In this document: piece by piece, positions 48,868 to 58,970 of the stretch | How the letters are laid out: the number at the start of each line of letters is the position of its first letter | Numbering within the stretch: the stretch's first letter is position 1 | Origin: Eubacteriales bacterium | Lineage (GTDB): Bacteria > Bacillota > Clostridia > Saccharofermentanales > DTU023 | NCBI GenBank assembly: GCA_030532065.1 | Contig: JAUNLW010000006.1 | Coordinates: 670 to 64,669, forward strand | DNA: 64,000 nucleotides | Direction of reading: 5' to 3' | Translations under genes and position numbers: made by a program | The notes under the pieces: model-generated | Told to the model about the DNA's origin: nothing | Databases searched by the model: none | The model's input: only the letters and a program-made list of their open reading frames with translations

Positions 48868-49353
48868 ATGTTCCATATAGACCAGCACAGCAGGGTCCCT
48901 ATCTACGAACAACTCTTCCGACAGGTGTTGAGCCTGGCGGCCAGTGGCCTCTTGGAAGAAAATCAGCAAATGCCTTCGGTGCGCCAGCTGGCCAGTGATT
49001 TGGGCATTAATCCGAATACGGTACAAAAAGCTTACCGGGAACTGGAACGCGAAGGCCTTATTTATTCTGTGCCCGGACGAGGCAGCTTTCTTACTTCTAC
49101 AGACATCCATGAGCGGCATTTTGCGCAGGAACTGCAGGAAAAGCTGCAGGAAGCCATAGAGCTGGCGCTTAAGTCTGGCTTCAGCGAAGACGATATCCGC
49201 AAGATCTTTGAGCGTGCCTTGGACAAGGCTGCTGAAGAACTGGCTGCCCAGGGCTTTCCAGCCTCCTTGACGGATGAGCGAGGAACGCATGGTAGCGCTG
49301 AGACTGAAGCAAAAAGCACGAATACTGACAGTGCAGTTTTACCGGAGGAATAG
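48868..49353 (+). CDS. GntR family regulator (YtrA subfamily)
   Basis: PIYEQL, PSVRQLA, INPNTVQKAYRELE, PGRGSF. Confidence 0.92.
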   Translation: MFHIDQHSRVPIYEQLFRQVLSLAASGLLEENQQMPSVRQLASDLGINPNTVQKAYRELEREGLIYSVPGRGSFLTSTDIHERHFAQELQEKLQEAIELALKSGFSEDDIRKIFERALDKAAEELAAQGFPASLTDERGTHGSAETEAKSTNTDSAVLPEE

Positions 49354-49357
49354 ACAC

Positions 49358-50266
49358 ATGATCAGAAGCGAGAATTTGACCAAGACATTCGGTCGTGAGG
49401 CTACCGCCTTAAAAAACCTGACCTGTGAGATCGGTGAGGAATCTATTTACGGTCTGATCGGTTCCAACGGAGCCGGTAAGTCGACTTTTCTAAGGCTTAT
49501 CGCCGGTATCTACAAGCCGGATTCTGGTCACCTCTATTATGATGAAAAGGAGATCTACGGTAATGAGAAACTGCGTCAGAAGATCATTTTAGTGCCGGAT
49601 CAGCCCTGTTTCCTGCCTGGCGAGAGCTTGTCTGGTATGGCTGATTTTTTCAGTCGTATCTATGAGCATTTCTCGCAGGAATTTTTCCAGGAACTCTGTC
49701 AGATCTTTCCCATAGATCTGCATAAGCGGTTGGATAAGATGTCCAAAGGTATGCAAAGACAGGCATATCTGATTTTGGCTTTGTCATCAAAGCCGCGACT
49801 TTTACTATTGGACGAAGCTTTTGATGGCCTCGATCCAGTTATGCGCGAAAATTTGCGGCGACTGATTGCCAGAGAAGTGGTAACTGATGGTATGAGCTGC
49901 GTGATAGCTTCGCACAATCTGCGAGAGCTTGAAGGCTTTTGCGATCATATAGCCCTGCTGCATGAAGGGAAACTGGTCTATGAGCATGAGCTGGAAAGTA
50001 TGGATCTGGGTGTGTTCAAGCTCCAGACAGCTTTTAAGCAGCTTCCCAGCCGTGAGGATTTGGCAACGTTAGGCCTGGAACTTCTGCACTATGAGCGTAG
50101 GGGCTCAATCTTGGAGCTTGTTATTAGAGGAGATAAGGAAGAGATTCAGAAGAAACTTGCCGCCGATAAGCCTCTGATCCTGGATATGTTGCCTCTAACT
50201 TTGGAGGAATTATTTATCTACGTGCTGGAGGGAAAAGATTATGTCGTCAAGAGCCTCATTTCCTAA
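49358..50266 (+). CDS. ABC transporter ATP-binding protein (YtrB-like)
   Basis: GSNGAGKST, MSKGMQRQ, LLDEAFDGLD; GGAGG RBS before 49358. Confidence 0.9.
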   Translation: MIRSENLTKTFGREATALKNLTCEIGEESIYGLIGSNGAGKSTFLRLIAGIYKPDSGHLYYDEKEIYGNEKLRQKIILVPDQPCFLPGESLSGMADFFSRIYEHFSQEFFQELCQIFPIDLHKRLDKMSKGMQRQAYLILALSSKPRLLLLDEAFDGLDPVMRENLRRLIAREVVTDGMSCVIASHNLRELEGFCDHIALLHEGKLVYEHELESMDLGVFKLQTAFKQLPSREDLATLGLELLHYERRGSILELVIRGDKEEIQKKLAADKPLILDMLPLTLEELFIYVLEGKDYVVKSLIS

Positions 50267-52310
50267 GACGAGCCATATCTTCAGCCGTGATCTCAGAAAA
50301 AACGGCAGCTGGCTGCTCTTTGTCAGCCTGATTTTACTCCTGGCCGAGCCCTTCGCCCTTTATTTGACCGGTATTACGCGTGATGTTGCGACAACTGGCA
50401 GCATGTGGTCTGGTGACTTTGATCTGGTATTTACTCAAATTGCGCGTTTGCAAGTCATTTTTGTTGCGGCTTTTCTCTTGTTAGCGGTCTGCTATCTGGC
50501 TTACAGGATCTACAGCTTCTGCGCGGACGCAGGTCAGAATCAACTATGGTTTTCCTTACCCATTAAGCGGAGTCGGCTGTTTTTTGTTCACTATCTGGCA
50601 GGTCTAATTCTTATCCTCCTGCCTCTGTTTCTTGATGTCTTGGCGATGGGAGCGCTTTTTGGTGGGATAGGCCCTGAGCATGCTCCGCTCTTTCAGGAGT
50701 GGTGTCGCTTGCGTCTTAATTTTATCTCACCGCTGATTAGTTTCTACAATATTGCTATTTTATCGATGACTTTAAGCTCAGGCTATGGCAGCGCTTTGGC
50801 TTTCCTCGTGACCTGGGAAGTAGTTTTACCAGCAAGTCTGGGCCTTATCAGTCTTTACTTTAGCGAATCAGCAGGTGGTTATATCCCCCAGATATTGTCT
50901 CCTCTCACCGAGCAGCTGATTTATTGCCTGGCTCCTCCAATTCGCCTTTTTATGAATAAAGCTCCAGAGTTTCCGGATTTGGCTTATAGCCTGGTAATCA
51001 TGGCTGTGACTTTGTTCCTGGCTTTACGGGCGTTTTGTCGTCGGCCGTTAGAAAAGACCAGGCTGCGTCTTAGCGAGCTTTCCGGAGCTCGTGTCTTGGC
51101 TGCTCTTTGGTTGATCATGGCCGGATTTGCCGGAGGTTATTTCTTTGAGGTAGTTGCCGGCAGTAAGATCTTAATTGTATTTATTTTAGGTTTTCTTGCT
51201 TTTAACTTCTGGGTCGCTCTGATCTTCCAGGCCATGACCGGTAAAACCTTCAAACAGGGTGCCCGTTCTGTGCTGAAAACCTTAGTGATCGCTTTGGCTT
51301 GTTTTATCGCCTTCGATCTCCTGGTAGAGCTTTACCCAGTGGAAAGATCGAGGTCATGGGATATAGAAGCCATAGAAATACCTTTATACCAGCTATATGA
51401 TAATGGCTCTCCCTGGCAGCTACCCAGTAGTACCTCGGTTAAGCTGGAGCGCTCAGTCGATGATCAACTGCTGGAAGATCTCAGCCAGAAGTATAAGCAA
51501 AGTCAGCGCTATGCCCAGCGACAAGGTTTTATCTTAAATAGACGCAACAGCGATTTTGCTTGCGCTTCTTATTCCTCCCATAATTATCAAAGGAATAGCT
51601 ATTTGCTGACTTTTTACGATCAGTCAGGTAAGAGTGATCAGGGTTATCTCAATGAAGATCAGGCCGGTGATATGCTGCAAAAAATCTCTAACAGCGAAAT
51701 CTACGGTGATTTGATCAAATTGCAAAGACCTGATTACGTGAGTGGAGATCGCGCTTATCTGCAGATCACAGCAAAGAACCTTACCTGGTATGAGATGGAA
51801 CAAGGGCAGAGAGAAGAAAAGGAGCAGAGTCTTAATAAGGTCTTGAGTGTTTTCCCTGACCTGCAATCGCTTGAAAGTACGGACCCAATACAAAAGTCAG
51901 CCAGCAGACACTCAGTTTTTCTCTATACTTACAGCTTGCCTGAGGATTGGAGTCCCAAATTGATGGAAGCTTGTGAGGCAGACCGAGAACGGCAGCTTGA
52001 GTTAAACAAGTTGAAAACAGGGATGGAAACACAGGAAGCGTATGAGCAGGCCATCGCCAGGATCCCGCAAAAGCATAGTCTTGAGGATTTAGAGGACTTA
52101 CTGGGCGTAGAAGATTATCTAAGTCTGTCTTTTTGCCGTAAAGTAAGTGTCCCTGGCCTCTTAGAGTATTCGGAAGATGACCTTGGGGCTTCTGAAATCG
52201 GTCAAGCTACAGAAGCGATTTGGCTCTATCGCGATCTGGCGCTGGAAAACAAGGTTAAAGCCCACTCCATTGAGACTTTGTATGAAGCCTTAGCAGGAGG
52301 CAAGCAATAA
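50241..52310 (+). CDS. Large ABC permease-like membrane protein
   Basis: About 10 TM segments, SLPIKR motif, soluble C-terminal domain. Confidence 0.75.
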   Translation: MSSRASFPKTSHIFSRDLRKNGSWLLFVSLILLLAEPFALYLTGITRDVATTGSMWSGDFDLVFTQIARLQVIFVAAFLLLAVCYLAYRIYSFCADAGQNQLWFSLPIKRSRLFFVHYLAGLILILLPLFLDVLAMGALFGGIGPEHAPLFQEWCRLRLNFISPLISFYNIAILSMTLSSGYGSALAFLVTWEVVLPASLGLISLYFSESAGGYIPQILSPLTEQLIYCLAPPIRLFMNKAPEFPDLAYSLVIMAVTLFLALRAFCRRPLEKTRLRLSELSGARVLAALWLIMAGFAGGYFFEVVAGSKILIVFILGFLAFNFWVALIFQAMTGKTFKQGARSVLKTLVIALACFIAFDLLVELYPVERSRSWDIEAIEIPLYQLYDNGSPWQLPSSTSVKLERSVDDQLLEDLSQKYKQSQRYAQRQGFILNRRNSDFACASYSSHNYQRNSYLLTFYDQSGKSDQGYLNEDQAGDMLQKISNSEIYGDLIKLQRPDYVSGDRAYLQITAKNLTWYEMEQGQREEKEQSLNKVLSVFPDLQSLESTDPIQKSASRHSVFLYTYSLPEDWSPKLMEACEADRERQLELNKLKTGMETQEAYEQAIARIPQKHSLEDLEDLLGVEDYLSLSFCRKVSVPGLLEYSEDDLGASEIGQATEAIWLYRDLALENKVKAHSIETLYEALAGGKQ

Positions 52311-54298
52311 TGAGTGATCAACTAGCATTACAAAAGACCGCGAGACCAGCACTGGTACTTGCTCTGTGGCAATTTAAGCGCAATCTTTTCTTGGCTATTC
52401 TGCCTGCTTTGGCACAGCTTTTGATCTTTGCGCCTAATTTTATGGATACGGCGAATACTCTAAGCGACCCGAATCAATCTGGTTTTGTCTACTATGGCAG
52501 GTCATTGTTTTTTCTCTATCTGATACCGGCCATTATTTTAGTACATCGGCATTTCTCGTTCCTGCATAAGCAGGCAGAAGCTAATCTGGTGTTAAGTCTG
52601 CCGGCTAAGCGTTTAGACCTCTATGGAGCCTTGTGGCTGTCGCTCTTGGTCAATTTAGTTTTAGCTCGCCTGCTTTCGCTGCTGCAAAACATTTTTTACG
52701 CAGGATCGCGACAAATGCCATTAGGCCTAATGTTGCGTTTAGAAGGAGAAACCCTGTTGCGCCTAATTGCCGTAGCAGCTTTTCTGATCTTTTTCTACGT
52801 CAGTCTGGCTAATAGCTTCAACGCGCAGATTTTGGCAGCTGTGATCAATCTATGTTACTTCCTGCTCTACATCTTATGGGGTTTTTACACTAGCTCAATG
52901 TTGCCTGGCTATGGAACAGGTAAATTTACTGACCTGGCTCCCTATCTTTTAGCTCCCTACCTCTCAGGGTTGGGTATCTGGGCCGATCCGCCTTCTGCGC
53001 ATTTGATTTACTGGCTCTGCTTCAGCTTGTTATTCGCCTTGCTGTCAGCTTACTTCTTCCAAAAAAGAGAGGCTGAACAGGTGGGTCAGGATTCTTATAT
53101 GAATGGCGACTTTATCTTTGCCCGCGCTCTAAGTTCTCTGGCCGGTGGTCTGACTCTGGGTATGCTTTTTAACCTCATGCAACTGGACTATGGCGTAACA
53201 GAGCAGGAAAACTGGCTGGTCATGATTGTAGGTTTTATTTTAGGTGTACTGCTGGTAACTCTAGTGGCCGACTTGATCTTCCAAAGAGGCGAAGTGCCAC
53301 TGGGAAAATCCTTGCTGGCGAGTTTATTTAACTTGATTCCTCTGGCTCTTATCATGGCTGTTTTAGCTGGCGGAGCCTTCGGTTACACTGATAAGCGACC
53401 CACGGCTGCCCGCACGGAAGAAGTTTTGCTGAGAATTGCTGGGGCTAATGATCCCGATTCATTCAGTGATCTCTTCTATCTAAATTGGAGTGTAGTCATA
53501 CCTATAGAAAAGTCTGATACGACAGATCTGGTGATCCGGGACACGGAGCAGATTGACCGCATAGCAAAACTTATGGGTTACAGCTATCAGGAAAAAACAG
53601 GCTACCTGGATTATCAGGGAGCACTGGGCTTGCCCCGTAATCTGACTACTCAGAATCGCCTAAGAGAAGATAACGAGCGTAACTATGGCGCAAACACCGC
53701 TATTGCTCCTATTAAGATTGGCTGGAAGGATAAAGGCAGTCTGGGAGCAAAGCAGAGAACCCTGACCCTGTACTTATCTGAAGACGATCCCATCTACCCA
53801 GACTTGATTAAGGATCCTGGCTTGGAACTCTTGTTCCTCAGAGCGGGAGCTAATGTTGGTATCCAGGAGTTTTCAATCGAGGAGATAAAGCCGGAACCCA
53901 CTAATACCTGCCAACGCGATAACAGTAACCAGGGCGAATGGGCAAAGCGTATCAGGCATCTGGCTTATATGCGTACTGGCGTACCGTATCCCTCTGTGCG
54001 AGGTATTTTGAGGGTAGTCCAGCAAGACTATAATGAACTAAGTGAAGCAGAGCGTATAGTATTAGCTGAGAAGCCGGAGCTGGTGCTGAAGCTTAAGGTG
54101 TATGAGCAGATGCGCGATAGTGCTTTGACTGTGGAAAACCTTCAGGACGAAAATAGTCCCTTTGTCAGAGAGCTGGTCTTGCCTTTGAGCAGCAATTTCC
54201 AACATCTGGGAGACTATATTGATCAATGTTATAGAGAATACCAGAAGGAGAGAGGTTGGGCGGTTACTGAAGATGCGCCCGCCCCAGAGATGCCTTAA
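52310..54298 (+). CDS. Large ABC permease-like membrane protein (paralogue)
   Basis: FSFLH...SLPAKR motif, same architecture as upstream gene. Confidence 0.75.
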   Translation: MSDQLALQKTARPALVLALWQFKRNLFLAILPALAQLLIFAPNFMDTANTLSDPNQSGFVYYGRSLFFLYLIPAIILVHRHFSFLHKQAEANLVLSLPAKRLDLYGALWLSLLVNLVLARLLSLLQNIFYAGSRQMPLGLMLRLEGETLLRLIAVAAFLIFFYVSLANSFNAQILAAVINLCYFLLYILWGFYTSSMLPGYGTGKFTDLAPYLLAPYLSGLGIWADPPSAHLIYWLCFSLLFALLSAYFFQKREAEQVGQDSYMNGDFIFARALSSLAGGLTLGMLFNLMQLDYGVTEQENWLVMIVGFILGVLLVTLVADLIFQRGEVPLGKSLLASLFNLIPLALIMAVLAGGAFGYTDKRPTAARTEEVLLRIAGANDPDSFSDLFYLNWSVVIPIEKSDTTDLVIRDTEQIDRIAKLMGYSYQEKTGYLDYQGALGLPRNLTTQNRLREDNERNYGANTAIAPIKIGWKDKGSLGAKQRTLTLYLSEDDPIYPDLIKDPGLELLFLRAGANVGIQEFSIEEIKPEPTNTCQRDNSNQGEWAKRIRHLAYMRTGVPYPSVRGILRVVQQDYNELSEAERIVLAEKPELVLKLKVYEQMRDSALTVENLQDENSPFVRELVLPLSSNFQHLGDYIDQCYREYQKERGWAVTEDAPAPEMP

Positions 54299-54331
54299 CA
54301 AAAAGTCCAGGCCGGCTTATAAAAAATGAGT

Positions 54332-54379
54332 AAAGGCTCTTCGCCAGGGGTAGTACACCAGGGAGGGGCCTTCTTTTTT
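54332..54379 (+). terminator. Intrinsic terminator
   Basis: AAGGCTCTTC...GGAGGGGCCTT followed by T run. Confidence 0.6.
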
Positions 54380-54425
54380 GTGATATGCTTAAGCAGTTAA
54401 ATTTGCTTGTTCGGGAGGAGAGTTC

Positions 54426-55304
54426 GTGCGAAAAACATTTGAAAAATTACCACCTTTGGTTCAGGACTTATTGGTGGACCTGAGCGCAACTTTTTTGGCT
54501 GCTATCGGTGTATTCAACTTTGCCTCAGCCGCCGGTTTCGCTCCGGGCGGTGTAAGCGGTGTAGGTATTATCCTCAACTTTTTGGGTCAAAAGCTTTTTG
54601 CGGTAGATATTCCTATCGGTTTTTGGAACCTGGCCTTAAATGTGCCAATCATTATCTATTCCTGGCGCTATGTGGGCAAAGACTATTTGCTCCGAACTTT
54701 GCGCACAGTCATTACGATGTCGCTTATGATGGACCTGGTAGTACCTCACCTTGGCACATATCAAGGTGATCCCTTCCTGGCAGCTATCTTCGGCGGCGTT
54801 TTTATGGGCGCCGGTTTAGCCATAGCCTTTGGCAATGGAACCTGCACGGGGGGCTTGGATCTGGTTATCATGTCGATCAAGGTCATGCGGCCGCATATGT
54901 CCTTCGGCCAGATCACTTTGATTACCGACGCGATTGTAATCATCAGCGGAGGCCTGGTCTTTGGTAAGATCGACTCTGTCCTCTACGGCTTTATTTTGGT
55001 TTACGTTATGACTAAGGTTTTAGATGCAATCACTACCGGAGCCAACTCTGGCAAATTGGCCCTGATTATTACAGAGGATGGCGATGGACTGGGCGATGTG
55101 ATTGAACGTAAAATCCAGCGCGGAGCAACAATCCTAGGTGGTAAGGGTGCCTACTCGGGCCGTGATAAACACATCGTGCTCTGTGCCTTAAGCCGCAGAC
55201 AATTACCGAATTTGCGCGCTGTAGTCAAAGAGTTTGATAAGCAGGCATTTCTGATCGTGCTGGAATATAAGGATGTCTTTGGCACAGGATTCCAGCCCCA
55301 CTAA
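54426..55304 (+). CDS. YitT family membrane protein (DUF161/DUF2179)
   Basis: APGGVSG, LNVP, TGGLD, RGAT...GKGAYSG. Confidence 0.9.
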   Translation: MRKTFEKLPPLVQDLLVDLSATFLAAIGVFNFASAAGFAPGGVSGVGIILNFLGQKLFAVDIPIGFWNLALNVPIIIYSWRYVGKDYLLRTLRTVITMSLMMDLVVPHLGTYQGDPFLAAIFGGVFMGAGLAIAFGNGTCTGGLDLVIMSIKVMRPHMSFGQITLITDAIVIISGGLVFGKIDSVLYGFILVYVMTKVLDAITTGANSGKLALIITEDGDGLGDVIERKIQRGATILGGKGAYSGRDKHIVLCALSRRQLPNLRAVVKEFDKQAFLIVLEYKDVFGTGFQPH

Positions 55305-55311
55305 GTTAGAA

Positions 55312-57366
55312 CTAGGGCTCTAAGACCCAATCCTCAGAGCCGCTAAAGTAAAAATAATTTTGCGCCGTTAAGTTCTCTACGCGCTTTGAAGCGAGATAGC
55401 AGCCTTCCTGATATAAGGGGAGGCTGTTTCTTTCTTGCTTATGCAGACCGGAGCCAATCGCCAGGTAAAGTTCTGTAGCATCCAGATCAGTTTCCGGATT
55501 AAGCTCGGTTGCCTCCAGCTGCAGGAGGGCAGGGTATAGGCCTACAGCCTGACAGTTCTGATAAAAAGCGTTGATAAATATATCGCTCAACTCACTGCCT
55601 GAGTGATGGTAGATGGTTATCTGCGGCAGCGCAACAAGTGACTGACCTGCTGACTTGGCCTTGGTCAGCTGCTCTTCTGTGCTGGCAGCGGTAAAATATC
55701 CAGCTTCCAAGAGCAGGTCCAAGGCCTTCTTCTGCCTGTCTTCAAAACTTAGTCCCTGTTTGGTCTTATAAGCACTTGCTCTTTCGCTACTAGTCGCGCG
55801 ATCACTTTCCTCCTCTAAAGCGAAGAGAGGAATGCCAGACACAGCTTGCAACTCTTCAGCTGTTGGGCATAGGAAATAGAGCGCTTCTCTCAATTTGCTG
55901 TTTAGGAAGATGCTGTCTTCAGTCTCTGCGTTATAACGCAGGCTAAGAACCTGTGGCGTAGGTAGCTCAAGTAAGTGGTATCCGTCAGCTTCCAGAAGAG
56001 TTAGATCTTCTGTTTGCAGTGTGGGCAGCAAAGCCAGGTCTGCCTGAAGACTCAGAAGCTCAGCAGCAAGATCGCCGGTATCTGTATAACGGACCTGGAT
56101 CTGTGGTATCTCAGGGTAAGCATGCTCTTCTCTTGCGTTTTCGAGATAAGCTGCCTGCTTTTCCAGCAGTAGATCGGGATGCTGAAACCAATAAGAACTT
56201 CCCAGGTTGAGCAGTGCGTTTTCTAAGTCATGGTTAAAGCTGTAAGGACCGGAAGAGGCGGCCAGATATGCCGGTTTTTCCTCGTCCTCTATAAAATCTT
56301 CTTTGTAAGCATGGATATAAGTAAGTTGTGCCCAGTCCTTAGGCTCGTAATTCCACCAAATATGTACCGGTATCGCCGGCAGTCGGCAAAGCTCTTGTAA
56401 AAACGGATCAATCTCACGTGTAAAATGCAAAATCAACTGTTCGTCATCTGGGGCTTCAATACCAGCAATTTGTAAAAAAGGCTCAAACGCCGGCGGATCG
56501 GAAAACTGCTCGCGATCGTTTTGGCGTGTCCTAAGTGCGTCATAGCCTTTCAGATAAGGCAGAAAATCTTGCCAGGGATAGGCTAAGTCCGTCTGTAACA
56601 GGCAGGCAAGCGTGTAGTGCAAATCGCGACTGGTTAAGGGCAGGCCATCTTCCCAAGTCAGGTCTTTTTTTAGCAAAAAGCGGATGCTTTTGTGGTCATC
56701 ACTTAGCTCGTAGTTTTCAGCTAAGCCGTAGTTGGCAGCATCATTAGACAGACATAGCGGCCGATAGAGCAACTCACTGAGACTGAGGTCGGCCAGAGAA
56801 TTTAGCAGCAGGGGATTGTAATGAAGAAGGCTTAGATGCAGTGTATTGTCTGCCTTATTTGTGTCTTCAAGAGCTAGCAATATGGTTAGACGATCTGACT
56901 TAGCTTTAAAAGGATTTTCCAGTTCGGCCTGTAAAGGAAAAACTTCTTCTGGCAAGAAGGTCTCGGCTTGAGTTTCGCTCACTTGAGGGAGGTTTTCTTC
57001 AGGCAGGCTCTCTTCGGGTAGAGTTGGCTCCTCCTCTGGGAAACTTTGCTCTGACTCCACCGTTTCCAGGCTTTGTTCGCTTGGAACGTTTTCGTCATCC
57101 GTTACAGAATCCGTCGTGGTAGCGTACCTGGCCGGTTCGCTACCTGTTGGTGTTTCCGTTTCTGCCATTTGGCTTTCGGCTGTTGTAGACTCTGGAATCT
57201 CCTCAGCCTGCGAGACGGGACTTAGGCAGCTCAACAGTATTAAGAAGGCTAAAAAGAGAGTAAGACAAAACGGCAGGCTTTTGCTGGGGCTGCCAGAATG
57301 ACGCGCCTTTTTGGGGTTGGTCACGCGAGTTTGTCTTTTTGCTTGCCGGGAGCTTGTTTGCAACAT
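55312..57366 (-). CDS. Divergent ABC solute-binding protein (family 5-like) with acidic N-terminal linker
   Basis: Signal peptide; GLAENYELSDDHKSIRFLLKKDLTWEDGLPLTSRDLHYT, SSGPY. Confidence 0.65.
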   Translation of the reverse strand: MLQTSSRQAKRQTRVTNPKKARHSGSPSKSLPFCLTLFLAFLILLSCLSPVSQAEEIPESTTAESQMAETETPTGSEPARYATTTDSVTDDENVPSEQSLETVESEQSFPEEEPTLPEESLPEENLPQVSETQAETFLPEEVFPLQAELENPFKAKSDRLTILLALEDTNKADNTLHLSLLHYNPLLLNSLADLSLSELLYRPLCLSNDAANYGLAENYELSDDHKSIRFLLKKDLTWEDGLPLTSRDLHYTLACLLQTDLAYPWQDFLPYLKGYDALRTRQNDREQFSDPPAFEPFLQIAGIEAPDDEQLILHFTREIDPFLQELCRLPAIPVHIWWNYEPKDWAQLTYIHAYKEDFIEDEEKPAYLAASSGPYSFNHDLENALLNLGSSYWFQHPDLLLEKQAAYLENAREEHAYPEIPQIQVRYTDTGDLAAELLSLQADLALLPTLQTEDLTLLEADGYHLLELPTPQVLSLRYNAETEDSIFLNSKLREALYFLCPTAEELQAVSGIPLFALEEESDRATSSERASAYKTKQGLSFEDRQKKALDLLLEAGYFTAASTEEQLTKAKSAGQSLVALPQITIYHHSGSELSDIFINAFYQNCQAVGLYPALLQLEATELNPETDLDATELYLAIGSGLHKQERNSLPLYQEGCYLASKRVENLTAQNYFYFSGSEDWVLEP

Positions 57367-57518
57367 AATTGCCTCCTCAATTGAGCTTTTAGCTTAGTTT
57401 AACACGAGCAGTTACTTGCGTTGCTGTCATGAAGACTTAACTTGCCCCGCCTTCTTATCTAATACTAGAATGACCTATGAAGGTATTTTTTTTGTTTTAA
57501 TTCGCGGAGGTCTATTTA

Positions 57519-58949
57519 GTGGTATTTTCCAGCTTATTTTTTTTATACGCATTTTTACCCTTGTGCCTGATAGCCTATAGTATACCCCGCCAAATTAAAC
57601 ACAAAAACTGGGTGCTACTGGCCTTTTCTTTGTTCTTCTATGCCTGGGGAGAGCCTTTCTGGATCATACAAATGGTGTTGTCCGGTACTTTGGTTTATGC
57701 CTGTGCCAGACTCATGGAAAGCTGTGATAAACGTAAAGAACCAGGTCTGCGCAAAACTTTTTTTGTTCTCAGTCTGGTTTTAGCCTTGTTGCCACTCTTG
57801 GTCTTTAAGTACTCGGACTTTTTTATCAACAATCTCAACGTCATTCTGGGTACAGAAATTCCCTTACCTGGTTTCAGCCTGCCCATCGGTATTTCTTTCT
57901 ATACCTTCCAGATCTTGTCCTACAGCATTGATCTTTACCGTGGTAAATGTAAATTGCAGAAACGCTGGGACTATTTTTTACTCTACCAGTCTTTCTTCCC
58001 TCAGCTGATCGCCGGCCCTATCGTACGTTACTCTGATATTGAAGCCAGGCTGGAAGACCGAAAATCTACTCCGCAGGATATTTCTCAGGGCGCTCAGCGC
58101 TTTGTGTTAGGACTAGCTAAAAAGTGCCTGATTGCTAACTATGCCGGCAGCCTGGTAGAGCAGACCCTGGCTTCTGACCGTTTGGCGCAGCTCTCAGGCT
58201 TAGAGGCCTTGATTGGCATCATTGCCTTTACTTTCCAGATCTACTACGACTTTTCCGCTTACTCAGATATGGCTATCGGTTTGGGGCGTATTTTCGGCTT
58301 TCAATTCCTGGAAAATTTCGACTATCCCTATAAATCACGCTCGGCAACAGAGTTTTGGCGCCGTTGGCATATTTCTTTAGGTAGCTTTTTCCGCGACTAT
58401 GTCTACATCCCTTTAGGTGGCAATCGCCGTCGGCAATATTTTAATCTATTGGTGACTTGGTTCCTGACAGGGTTCTGGCACGGAGCTTCCTGGAACTTTA
58501 TTCTTTGGGGGCTTTATTACCTGATTTTTATTGTCATTGAGAAAGCCTTTCTCCTGGATCGACTGGAACGCTTACCAAAGTTTGTTTCCTATATTTACAT
58601 GGTCCCGGTAGTGGTTTTTGGCTGGGCTTTGTTCTATTTTACTGATTTATCTGACCTGGGAATTTTCTTGTCAAGACTTTTCTGCGCGAACGGTGGCACC
58701 TTCCTAACGTTGGAAGGCAAATTACTTCTGCGACAAAATATTTTTGCTCTCATCTTCTGTCTGGTTTTTTCTTTACCACTCTGGCCTCGTCTGCAAAAGG
58801 CTATCCAGGGTCAACGCAGCAAGCTGGCCTGGCAGTCGCAGAAAAGTTATCTGGTCTTATCGCTTACTCAGATGGTCATTCTACTAGTGCTTTCTACCGC
58901 CAGTTTGGCCGGGGATTCTTACAATCCCTTCTTGTACTTCCGCTTTTAA
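57519..58949 (+). CDS. MBOAT family O-acyltransferase (AlgI/PatA-like)
   Basis: LPIGISFYTFQ, FPQLIAGPIVRY, FWRRWHISL, GFWHGA, YNPFLYFRF. Confidence 0.93.
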   Translation: MVFSSLFFLYAFLPLCLIAYSIPRQIKHKNWVLLAFSLFFYAWGEPFWIIQMVLSGTLVYACARLMESCDKRKEPGLRKTFFVLSLVLALLPLLVFKYSDFFINNLNVILGTEIPLPGFSLPIGISFYTFQILSYSIDLYRGKCKLQKRWDYFLLYQSFFPQLIAGPIVRYSDIEARLEDRKSTPQDISQGAQRFVLGLAKKCLIANYAGSLVEQTLASDRLAQLSGLEALIGIIAFTFQIYYDFSAYSDMAIGLGRIFGFQFLENFDYPYKSRSATEFWRRWHISLGSFFRDYVYIPLGGNRRRQYFNLLVTWFLTGFWHGASWNFILWGLYYLIFIVIEKAFLLDRLERLPKFVSYIYMVPVVVFGWALFYFTDLSDLGIFLSRLFCANGGTFLTLEGKLLLRQNIFALIFCLVFSLPLWPRLQKAIQGQRSKLAWQSQKSYLVLSLTQMVILLVLSTASLAGDSYNPFLYFRF

Positions 58950-58970
58950 AGCAGAACGGAGGAGTTTGTA

